NCBI GenBank assembly: GCA_963796685.1
Contig: CAWCMR010000011.1
Coordinates: forward strand, 224,001-288,000
Source of the DNA: an uncultured delta proteobacterium
GTDB lineage: Bacteria; Myxococcota_A; Polyangia; Fen-1088
Length of the DNA: 64,000 nt
Reading direction: 5' to 3'
In this document: piece by piece, positions 55,994-64,000 of the stretch
How positions within the stretch are numbered: position 1 is the first letter of the stretch
How the letters are laid out: the number at the start of each line of letters is the position of its first letter
Position numbers and translations under genes: made by a program
The notes under the pieces: generated by a model
Told to the model about the DNA's origin: nothing
Seen by the model: only the letters and a program-made list of their open reading frames with translations
Database searches by the model: none

Positions 55994-56430
55994 ATGGCGG
56001 TCGACGTGACAACCGAGATCATGATTGAACGACCAGTCGAGGTCGTGGCTTTGTATGCCGGTGACCCGTCCAAGGCACCTTCCTGGTACGAGAACATCAA
56101 GTCCATCGAGTGGAAGACCGACCCCCCTCTGAGGGTGGGATCAAAGGTGGCATTCGTCGCTCATTTCTTGGGCGGGAACTCAACTACACGTACGAAATAG
56201 TCGATCTTGTCCCCGCTAAGCGCCTCGTCATGCGTACCGCTGAGGGGCCATTCCCCATGGAGACCACCTACGCCTGGTCCGCCGTCGAGGGATCGACCCG
56301 AATGACGCTGCGAAACCGAGGAGAGCCGTCGGGATTCTCCAAGCTGTCTGCACCCATCATGGCTATGGCGATGAAGCGAGCCAACCGCAAGGATCTCGAC
56401 CACCTGCGGATTCTCCTCGAATCACAGTAG
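55994..56430 (+). CDS. SRPBCC family protein (frameshift at ~56178)
   Basis: [32 protein letters not shown]. Confidence 0.85.
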
Positions 56431-56552
56431 TCCCTCGGCTCATTTCGGGGCCATCCGCGCAACTTGCAAGGCCGGATGGATCGATTCCGCGGATAATCGG
56501 GAATATGCCTGTTGCCTGTTCCACGCCACCGGAGCCACCGTCGCGCAGACCG

Positions 56553-57059
56553 CTACGGTGTCGTGGAGCTGACCTGTAGCTCGGGCGATCGAGTCAGGGT
56601 CTGGAGAACGACGCAGTACCGTTCCGTCGTTTCGATGAGGGCATTGAGCTCATCCTCCGAGGCAGAACTCTTGAGGTCGAACGACAACCGGATCGAGGTA
56701 AACCCGACGGCGGCATTTCGATCGACCCCCAGCGTTCCACGGAAATCAAGATCGCCTTCCGCCCGGACGATGCCCTCGACTTCAAGACCCCGGTTCGTGG
56801 CGACGGACCGAAGTGTCACACCAGCACACGCCACCAACGCCTGAAGCAACATGTCTCCAGAGCAGGCGAAGCTGCCATCGCCCCCAGTCGCCGGGTGAAG
56901 GCCGGCCTCAACCATTGCTCGACCGGTCGCCACGGAGCAGGTCACTGCTTCGCTCCCGAGACGGCCCTCAGCCTGCAAGGTGATCATGGCGGTCACCGGG
57001 TCCTCTCGATACCGAGCCTTCAAGGGAGCCTGGACTTCCTTCAGATCCTCAGCTTTCAT
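56553..57059 (-). CDS. OsmC family protein
   Basis: AGGAGG RBS; AGLHPATGG, LVACAGVT, TERYCVVLQTL. Confidence 0.92.
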   Translation of the reverse strand: MKAEDLKEVQAPLKARYREDPVTAMITLQAEGRLGSEAVTCSVATGRAMVEAGLHPATGGDGSFACSGDMLLQALVACAGVTLRSVATNRGLEVEGIVRAEGDLDFRGTLGVDRNAAVGFTSIRLSFDLKSSASEDELNALIETTERYCVVLQTLTRSPELQVSSTTP

Positions 57060-57248
57060 GTGAGCCTCCTGGACTCCCCCGGCCTTTCCTTGACCCGGTG
57101 GGGGTGACCGGAATGTGTAGTTCTCCGTCGGGTCCAGTGCAACGGTGAGAGTCCGGCCAGGTAGCGCATACTGGGGGGGGGTATATCTAGTGATCCCGGG
57201 CGCATGATGTATCGCCGTGGTTGGGCGGAACGTGCCGTTCGCAGCGCG

Positions 57249-57586
57249 TGTGGAGGCTGTAGAACCGAAGTCGGCGATGCCAATGGGAATTGGAAGGGGG
57301 GCGAACGCGACACAAGGCCGGCTCCGTGATGGTGCGAGTCCCCGGGCGCCCGCGGGCCGGAAAGAGCCCTTACGTATTCGAACACATCCTGGTGGCGGAA
57401 GGACTGCTCCGGACGCATCTCGTGGAGGGCCTACCGGAGATCCTCGAGCTGTGGACGCGTCCACAGCCCTCAGGCATCCGAGTGAGCGACGCCGTAACGT
57501 GGGCGCGGTCGATCTACGACCGTTACGTGGATGTCGGTGCACCTCCAACTGTGCTCACGGTCTCCCCTGAGCATCCTTGGGGCTAA
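57249..57586 (+). pseudogene. HNH endonuclease remnant, copy A (5' truncated, active-site segment deleted)
   Basis: Highly similar to 59745-60116; YVFEHILVAE present; the ETVHHINAIRD segment is absent; ends PEHPWG*. Confidence 0.85.
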
Positions 57587-57605
57587 CGGGAATGCTTTCG
57601 AACCC
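57578..57605 (+). repeat. tmRNA-3'-like attachment site B
   Basis: TGGGGCTAACGGGAAT-GCTTT-CGAACCC versus tmRNA end TGGAGGTGGCGGGAAT-CGAACCC. Confidence 0.8.
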
Positions 57606-57847
57606 CGACGCCGCCCTCCTCATCCTCCTTGGTCTGGAGAAATAGCAAGGGCTGCCATCCGGGGCCGATGAAGTCGGGGATCCCGAGCGTGCCCGACCAG
57701 CGGTGGCTCATGCGTCCCTGGTCGAGCGGCCGGGTGACCTCGATCAGTTCTGAGGGGCTCGCCTGGGCTCACAAGGCCTCTGACCGGGATAGCTGGCGGT
57801 TGGTCAGGAATCACCACCGGAGGTCCCGGCGAGCCAAACTGAAGCCC

Positions 57848-59185
57848 GTGGATCGACCCGAGACCCGGTACGCCGCGGTTGATGACGCTGACATCGCATA
57901 CCAGGCCACCGGTGACGGTCCTCTCGACTTGCTGTTCTGCTACGGCTTCGGCAGCGCCATCGACCTTGGCTGGGACGAGGCCACCACGTACCCCGAGTTC
58001 TATCGCCGCCTGGCCTCGTTCAGCCGACTCATCCTCTTCGATCGGCGAGGAACGGGAGCCTCCGACCCCATTTCCGCCGGCGTCTTCCCCACCTGGGAGT
58101 CGTGGGCCGAGGATGCCGGCGCTGTCCTCGACGCCGTCGACGCCGAGCGGGCGGTTCTTTTCGGCGCCCTCGACGCCGGGGCGCTGGCAGTCCTCTACGC
58201 CGCCATGCACCCCGAGCGGGTGCAAGCCTTGATCCTGCTCAACAGCAGCGCCCGATTCTGCCGAGACGAGGACTACCCCATCGGCGTAGCACCCGAGGCG
58301 CTCGAGACATTGATTGGCATTGTGGAGCAGGCGTGGGGAACCCGCCAGCTCGTCACTGCCGTCAATCCAGCCATGGCCGACGATGATGCCTTCCTGGAGG
58401 CCGTAGCTCGTGTCATGCGGGCGGCGGCGACCCCGCGTCGAGCGGCGACCCAGTTTCGCTACCTCTTGAGCAACGTCGACGTCCGTCCGGCACTCGACCT
58501 GGTGCAGGTGCCAACCCTCGTCCTAAGCGTGGCAGAGAGTGTCTTCGTGCCCGTCGAGCAGGGGCGCTACTTGGCCGAGCACATTGTCGGTGCCCGATTC
58601 GTCGAGCTTCCTGGGGCTGAGGTCGGCCTCTCTCCTCCGCTGCTTGGTATCGTCGACGAGATCGAGGAGTTCGTCACGGGCGAGCGTGGCACGGCCGATG
58701 TCGACCGAGTCCTGGCCACGGTGCTGTTCACCGACATCGTCCGGTCGACTGAACGAGCCGCCCAGTTGGGTGACCGGCGCTGGCGATCGCTACTTGATGC
58801 CCACGATCGCGCCGTGCGGGAGCAGTTCCGACGCTTCCGGGGTCGGGAGGTGAAGACCACCGGGGACGGTTTCCTGGCGTCATTTGACGGGCCGGCACGC
58901 TCTATCCGCTGCGCCCAGGCCATCGTCGAAGCCACCCGCTCGCTCGGCGTCGATGTCCGGCTCGGCCTGCACACAGGGGAGTGCGAGGCTCGCGGCGACG
59001 ATCTCGGAGGGCTCGCCGTCCATATCGCGGCGCGCGCGGGCGCGTTGGCCGACCCGGGTCAGGTCCTCGTATCGGGTACCGTCAAGGACCTGGTCGTGGG
59101 ATCGGGCATCGAGTTCAACGACCGCGGCGAGGAGGAGCTGAAGGGCGTACCTGGGTCGTGGAGGTTGTTCGCCGTGAGACAGTGA
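57848..59185 (+). CDS. Alpha/beta hydrolase-adenylate cyclase fusion (LipJ/Rv1900c-like)
   Basis: PETRYA, FDRRGTGASD; cyclase motifs VLFTDIVRST, TGDGFLA, GLHTGE, AVHIAAR, LKGVPG. Confidence 0.92.
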   Translation: MDRPETRYAAVDDADIAYQATGDGPLDLLFCYGFGSAIDLGWDEATTYPEFYRRLASFSRLILFDRRGTGASDPISAGVFPTWESWAEDAGAVLDAVDAERAVLFGALDAGALAVLYAAMHPERVQALILLNSSARFCRDEDYPIGVAPEALETLIGIVEQAWGTRQLVTAVNPAMADDDAFLEAVARVMRAAATPRRAATQFRYLLSNVDVRPALDLVQVPTLVLSVAESVFVPVEQGRYLAEHIVGARFVELPGAEVGLSPPLLGIVDEIEEFVTGERGTADVDRVLATVLFTDIVRSTERAAQLGDRRWRSLLDAHDRAVREQFRRFRGREVKTTGDGFLASFDGPARSIRCAQAIVEATRSLGVDVRLGLHTGECEARGDDLGGLAVHIAARAGALADPGQVLVSGTVKDLVVGSGIEFNDRGEEELKGVPGSWRLFAVRQ

Positions 59186-59441
59186 CCGACTGGATATCCG
59201 CGGTGACATCCAAGTAGGCGGGCATCCTGTACGTGCCGGTCCCAGTCGGACCTTGCCTGCTGGCCGGCACAACCGTCGGGTAGCGCATACTCGGGGATCC
59301 CGGTGGGGTCGCGGATCTTCAGGTCGCGAGCAAGATCACCGGTTTGTAACCGAGTCAGCGTCCGGTCCACCTCCCCGGTATGCCATCACGAAGATTTTGC
59401 GTCGCAGGGATTCGAAAGAGCGCGGTTACCTCTGGGACGCG

Positions 59442-59469
59442 TGGTACTAGCGAGAATGCTTTCGAACCC
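59442..59469 (+). repeat. tmRNA-3'-like attachment site C
   Basis: TGGTACTAGCGAGAATGCTTTCGAACCC shares GAATGCTTTCGAACCCC exactly with site B. Confidence 0.8.
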
Positions 59470-59615
59470 CAGCGACCTCTTCTTCGCACTGAAGGATCTG
59501 ACTGGCAACAAGAGGCCCGATAGCGGTATTCGCCTCCGTCAAGTTGCCCTCGACCCAAGTCTTTGCACCGACAGCACCAAGTTCTCGTCGATACACCCCC
59601 GAGCTACCGTCGGTC

Positions 59616-60116
59616 ATGCGTGAGAGGCAGTGCAAGGAATGCGAGAGGATCTTCCAGCCATCCAGTAGGCATCTCCGGTGTCCTGCCTGCAGGGCCAAGG
59701 ATCTGTGTGCTTGTGGGAAGGCAAAGCAGACAGAATCAGAGACATGTGCAGGCTGTAGAACCGAAGTCGGCGATGCCAACGGGAATTGGAAGGGGGAGAG
59801 AAGGCGACACAAGGCCGGCTCCGTGATGGTGCGAGTCCCCGGCAACCCGCGGGCGGGAAGGAGCCCTTACGTATTCGAACACATCCTGGTGGCGGAAGGG
59901 TTGCTCCGGAGGCATCTCGTGGAGGGCGAAACGGTCCATCACATCAACGCCATCCGAGACGAACCCGTCCTGAGAAGGTCGAACTCTGAACGCGGCCACA
60001 GCTCTCAGGTATCCGCGTGAGCGACGCTGCAAATTTGGACGCGGTCGACCTACGACCGGTACGTGGATGTCGGTGCACCTCCAACGGTGCTCACGGTCTC
60101 CCCTGAGCATCCTTGG
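59616..60116 (+). pseudogene. Zn-finger + HNH endonuclease, copy B (frameshift/stop after the HNH motif)
   Basis: CKEC, CPAC, CACG, CAGC; NGNWKG; YVFEHILVAE..ETVHHINAIRD; the Trp codon of copy A is TGA here. Confidence 0.88.
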
Positions 60117-60424
60117 AGCAGGTTCAACGTTTCTTGAACCCTCTTTCCGATCCTGACACAAGGCTGGATCTCGAACGCCTTCACAGAGTCTTCGCAGGTC
60201 ACGGGTCATCTTGGCTCGACAGTGGCCCTCGTCTACCGACCCCGAGGCAGCGGCAGGTTCACCTCAGCGAGGGGGATCGCGGCAGGCTTGTGGCTGCCTA
60301 TCTGGCTGGCGACACCGTCAGGAACCTGGCTAACACTTTCCAGCTCCATCGTGGAACGGTAAGCGAGATTCTGTCCCGCCATGGTGTGATTGATCGGCCG
60401 CATGGGCCTCGCCCAAAACGGTAG
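60113..60424 (+). CDS. Small helix-turn-helix protein starting inside site D
   Basis: LVAAYLAGDTVRNLANTFQLHRGTVSEILSRHGV; N-terminus EQVQRFLNP is encoded by the site. Confidence 0.8.
   Translation: MEQVQRFLNPLSDPDTRLDLERLHRVFAGHGSSWLDSGPRLPTPRQRQVHLSEGDRGRLVAAYLAGDTVRNLANTFQLHRGTVSEILSRHGVIDRPHGPRPKR
60114..60141 (+). repeat. tmRNA-3'-like attachment site D
   Basis: TGGAG then GAACCC at the same N19 spacing; HNH-repeat similarity ends at this TGG. Internal bases are more divergent than in B and C. Confidence 0.7.
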
Positions 60425-60532
60425 CCGGGGGTTAGATCGAACGTCGCTACGGTGTCAGTGGCTGAGATCGTCAAGCGGTGAAGGCCTCTAGTCACTGTTC
60501 TCTCCACCGCTTGCAAAAGCCGATTCCCTGAC

Positions 60533-60850
60533 TCAGTTGCCAGGAAGTGCGCCAGGTTCGGCGCCGCCGAAGACAGCTGCAATCCGGTCAAGGTGACGCG
60601 CCCAGAGTTGGTGATGGAAGGCGGCATCCTCCGCGCTCAGGCCGGAGAACTGGACCCTCACAGTTGTGCTGTCACCCGTCGGGATGAGGGTGATCTCAAT
60701 GAGTGCAGGTGTCGTCGTCTCGTTGTCGGTTCCGTGACGGTCCCATTCCATGACCAGGCGGTGCGGGCGATCGACTTCGATGTAGCGGCCAGTGATCGCA
60801 GTCCCGCCAAGGTCAAGGTGGAACATGTTCCCCGGCCGAGGAGTCGTCAT
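60533..60850 (-). CDS. SRPBCC/AHSA1-like protein (N-terminally short)
   Basis: GRYIEVDRPHRLVMEW, W..HLDRI; ATGA overlap with the SDR gene. Confidence 0.72.
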   Translation of the reverse strand: MTTPRPGNMFHLDLGGTAITGRYIEVDRPHRLVMEWDRHGTDNETTTPALIEITLIPTGDSTTVRVQFSGLSAEDAAFHHQLWARHLDRIAAVFGGAEPGALPGN

Positions 60851-61776
60851 GAAATGAAGCGGTGGATGGCCTCATTGGCGTGGTCCTGAAAGGACGGGTT
60901 GGCCAGATCGGGGAAGATATCCGCTTGGTCGACCAAGGGACCCGTCAATTTGTTGGCCGCGCTGGCGTAGAACACACCACTCAACAGAGTCGGATCGATG
61001 ACGCCGTCGACGAGTCGCTTCGAGCCCACTTCAAGGTCGTGGGAAATGCCGAGATGGGGCATGATGTGTTTGGCCGCAAAGCGCAGCGGTAGCGCTGCGC
61101 CGCCGGCGGCTTCGGTGCCCGTGGTGTTGCCGGGGCTCACAGTGATAAAGCGTAGGTCGGGGTATTGGCGCGCCAGGTGGGCCATCCATAAGGCCCCGAT
61201 GTACTTGACCTGACCGAAGGCGAGATTCCGATCAAATTTTCTGTCAGCGAAGTAGCTGCCGTCGATGACGGTAGTGAGTTCGTCGGTAGAGGTTGAAGCA
61301 AAGGTGGGCCGTTTGAACCCCAACTTCGGTATTCCCCTGGCTGCTTCACTCGCGGCGAACACCGCTACCTCGCGAAGTCGGTTCTGGGTCAGGAGCCCTT
61401 CGAGGAGAACGGCGTGACCGAGAGCGTTCGTTGCGAACAGTTTGGTAGTCCCGTCAGCGGTCAATTCCATCAAGGTCTTGCTGCCGATTACACCAGCGTT
61501 CATGACCAGGGCGTCGAGGGTTCCGTCGATGGCCGCTAGGCCGGCGCGGACCGAACCAAGATCGGCGACGTCCATCAGAATGATGTCGAAGATGTGTCGG
61601 CCGGTCATGGCTTCGAGATCGGCCTTTGCCATTGTCGCTCGATTCTTGTTCCGGCACGCCAGATAGATGCGGCCCATCTCAGGACGTAACGCCAGTTGCC
61701 GGGCCACATCCTTGCCGATCCCGACGTTGGCGCCCGTGATCAGTACCGTCTTTCCTGGGCCGTTGAGGTCAGTCAT
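60847..61776 (-). CDS. SDR family oxidoreductase
   Basis: VLITGANVGIG, LACRN, VMNAG, VSPG. Confidence 0.9.
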   Translation of the reverse strand: MTDLNGPGKTVLITGANVGIGKDVARQLALRPEMGRIYLACRNKNRATMAKADLEAMTGRHIFDIILMDVADLGSVRAGLAAIDGTLDALVMNAGVIGSKTLMELTADGTTKLFATNALGHAVLLEGLLTQNRLREVAVFAASEAARGIPKLGFKRPTFASTSTDELTTVIDGSYFADRKFDRNLAFGQVKYIGALWMAHLARQYPDLRFITVSPGNTTGTEAAGGAALPLRFAAKHIMPHLGISHDLEVGSKRLVDGVIDPTLLSGVFYASAANKLTGPLVDQADIFPDLANPSFQDHANEAIHRFIS

Positions 61777-61803
61777 ACGTTGCTCTATCCCCTCGCTGCA
61801 AAT

Positions 61804-61853
61804 TGGGTGGCGCAACCCATTCTGACCTTTCGACACTGGGTTGTCAAACCCAG
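61804..61853. promoter_or_regulatory. Paired TetR operators TGGGT-N6-ACCCA
   Basis: Two palindromes (61804-61819 and 61837-61852) between the divergent SDR and TetR genes. Confidence 0.7.
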
Positions 61854-61874
61854 AATTTCAGCTAACATCGGAGC

Positions 61875-62480
61875 ATGGTCAACGAGACGAGTGACCGGCC
61901 GAGGCTCACCCCCAAGGGAGCACGCACCCGGGCACGAATAGTGGAGGAGGCCGCCGCCCTTATCCATGAGCGCGGGGTTGCGGCCACCACCTTGGAAGAC
62001 GTCAGGGTGGCGGCGGAAGTCAGTGGCTCTCAGATGTCCCACTACTTCCCCGGCAAGAACGATCTCGTGCAGGCGGTCATCGACTACCACGCCGACGCCA
62101 TCGTCAATCGCAATCGGCAGGCGCTCAGCAGAGCGAACGGCGTCGAAGCCTGGCGGAACATGGTGATCACGGCAGCGAAGCGCACCAAAGCAAAGGGGGG
62201 ATGCCAACTTGGCTCGCTCGTTAGCCAACTCGCCGAGAGTGACCCCGAGGCCCGAGCGCTCATCGGGGCAGGGTTCGCTGAGTGGGCAGCCGCTATCGGC
62301 GATGGACTCAGATCCCTTCATGCCGACGGCAAACTCCGGTCCGACATCGATCCGGACGACCTTGCCACTACTCTGCTCGCCGCGCTCGAAGGAGGGCTTC
62401 TACTCGGTCAGGTACTTCGGAGTTCCCGCCCGATCGAAACTGCGGTCGATACCCTCCTCGCCCTCGCCATTGGCAGATGA
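61875..62480 (+). CDS. TetR/AcrR regulator (NemR/LmrA-like C-terminus)
   Basis: TRARIVEEAA..TTLEDVR..HYFPGKNDLV; GGCQLG. Confidence 0.92.
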   Translation: MVNETSDRPRLTPKGARTRARIVEEAAALIHERGVAATTLEDVRVAAEVSGSQMSHYFPGKNDLVQAVIDYHADAIVNRNRQALSRANGVEAWRNMVITAAKRTKAKGGCQLGSLVSQLAESDPEARALIGAGFAEWAAAIGDGLRSLHADGKLRSDIDPDDLATTLLAALEGGLLLGQVLRSSRPIETAVDTLLALAIGR

Positions 62481-62538
62481 GGCCAAGCGGCGCAAACAGG
62501 TGTTCGCGATCGCCGAACTACACCAATGTAGTTACCCG

Positions 62539-62888
62539 TGGAGGTGGCGGGAATCGAACCCGCGTCCTTCGGCTTCTCATCGGGCCTTCTCCGAGCGCAG
62601 CCGGCAGCTAGAGTCTCGGGACCCCCGCCGCCGCCGGCGAATTCGAGGGTCCCCAACCGACTTTTGGTGTCCCCGGCGGCCAATCGGTGGAACCGCTCGG
62701 GTAAGCCCCGCTAGATGACGCCCGCTACCGGCCTGCAGGGCTGAGACCGGACGGACGGGCTACTTATTAAGCAGCCAGCGCGAGCTGAGGCTCGGCATTT
62801 GTTTTTTGTTCCGGCTCTTTAACGTGGCTCCGGAGACCACGGCTCGCTTCTCCCGAATTGACGACCAAAGTCGAAACCGATCACCCCC
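62539..62888 (-). ncRNA. ssrA: tmRNA; tag reading frame AEPQLALAA** (62767-62796); full CCA not encoded
   Basis: 5' GGGGGUG pairs with 3' CACCUCC-A including G3.U70; T-arm GGUUCGAUUCC; LAA-stop tag; immediately downstream of smpB. Confidence 0.97.
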
Positions 62889-62955
62889 TGTGTCTGTGTC
62901 GGGTCCCATCCTACCGGCGGGTGCAGGGCGCTGAGCCCGACGGGGGACGTAGGAT

Positions 62956-63512
62956 TCAGTCGTATTCCTTGCGGGCCCCCCGGCCCACGCTCTTGCCCGG
63001 CCGCGAAGCGGGCCTCGCGCGCCGCGTCACGCTCGGCGTCGCGTGTGGCGATGGCGTGGCGCTTGTCGTAGAGGCGCCGGCCCTTGGCCAGGGCCAGCTC
63101 CACCTTGGCCCGGCCGTCTTTGAAGTAGATCGAGAGGGGCACGAGCGTGAGGGCCTTCTGCTGGGTCTGGCCCATGAGCTCGTCGATCTCGTCGCGGTGC
63201 AGGAGGAGCTTGCGCCGGCGCTCGGGATCATGGGCGCCGAAACCCGCGGCGTGCTCGTAGGGGGGGATGTGCACCCCGAGCAGCCAGGCTTCGCCTCCCT
63301 CGACCCGCGGCGTAGGCGTCGGCCAGGGTGACCCGCCCGGCCCGCAGGGACTTCACCTCGCTTCCCTGCAGGGCGAGGCCACATTCGTAGGTCTCGAGGA
63401 TGTCGTAGTCGTGGCGGGCGCGACGGTTCCGGGCGACCGTCTTGATCCGGTCGGTGCCGTCGTCGGGGACGCGGCGCGACGCCCGACGTCCCGGTCCTTT
63501 CGCTGCGGCCAC
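62956..63512 (-). CDS. smpB: SsrA-binding protein SmpB (apparent frameshifts)
   Basis: [53 protein letters not shown]. Confidence 0.97.
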
Positions 63513-63586
63513 CCGCGGAACGGTACCCGGCGTCACGCCTGCCGGGTCCGTGCCGGGGGCGAAGGCCCCCGGTACCCTCGATGGGC

Positions 63587-64000
63587 ATGCTCCGCCTGCC
63601 CGCCCACGTCTACGCCGAGATCGTCGGCCACTGCCTGGGCGGGCTCCCCGACGAGGCGTGCGGGCTGCTCGGGGGCGACCCCGCCACGGGCGACGTGGCC
63701 GGTGCTACCCGACCCGCAACCTCGCCGCCTCGGCCAAGCTCTACACCGTCGACCCCGCGAGCACCTCCGGGCCGACCGTGACGCCGAGTCCCGCGGCATC
63801 GAGATCATCGGCGTCTTCCACTCCCACACCCACACCGACGCCTACCCGTCGCCCACCGACATCGCCCAGGCTCCGATCCCGGCTGGCACTACGTGCTCGT
63901 GTCGCTGCGCGACAGCCATCCGATGGTGCGGTCGTACCGCATCCGCGGCGAGGTGGTCGAGGAGGAGCCGGTGGTGGTCGAGCCCGGTGAGCCCGCCGTG
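63587..64000 (+). CDS. mec: M67/JAMM metallopeptidase (Mec-like), runs off the window
   Basis: PDEACGLL; [15 protein letters not shown] (HxH-x7-SxxD); HYVLVSL. Confidence 0.85.

Larger units (their letters stand above)
1..62538. mobile_element. Accessory island anchored at the tmRNA 3' end (left boundary not seen)
   Basis: No housekeeping genes left of ssrA, many fragments, heterogeneous composition, repeated tmRNA-like sites. No integrase recognised. Confidence 0.55.

Overview
High-GC actinobacterial DNA (Acidimicrobiia-like by gene content; inference) with many single-base indels, even in core genes, so probably a long-read assembly. Only the right edge is core chromosome: tmRNA (ssrA, 62539-62888, minus), smpB and a JAMM/Mec peptidase. 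Everything left of the tmRNA 3' end is an accessory mosaic of one- to three-gene modules and gene fragments (GNATs, oxidoreductases, TetR/MarR/PadR regulators, SRPBCC proteins, transporters, lipoproteins), with no recognisable integrase or transposase. Two systems stand out. (1) Four degenerate, same-orientation copies of the tmRNA 3' end (TGG-N18/19-GAACCC; three read as the tmRNA end plus a GCTTT insertion) lie at 43943, 57578, 59442 and 60114. They delimit stacked integrase-less cassettes. Each site also opens a short 'LSNP'-type ORF, intact as an HTH gene only in the tmRNA-proximal cassette. Two cassettes end in independently inactivated copies of an HNH endonuclease gene that reads into the site. 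(2) Two divergent PilV/PilW/PilX-like minor-pilin triads flank an ECF sigma/anti-sigma pair, with two copies of a GGTTGTAAC-N17-CGATGTCA promoter-like motif and no pilus assembly genes in the window. All family calls are by eye from motifs; no database searches were run.
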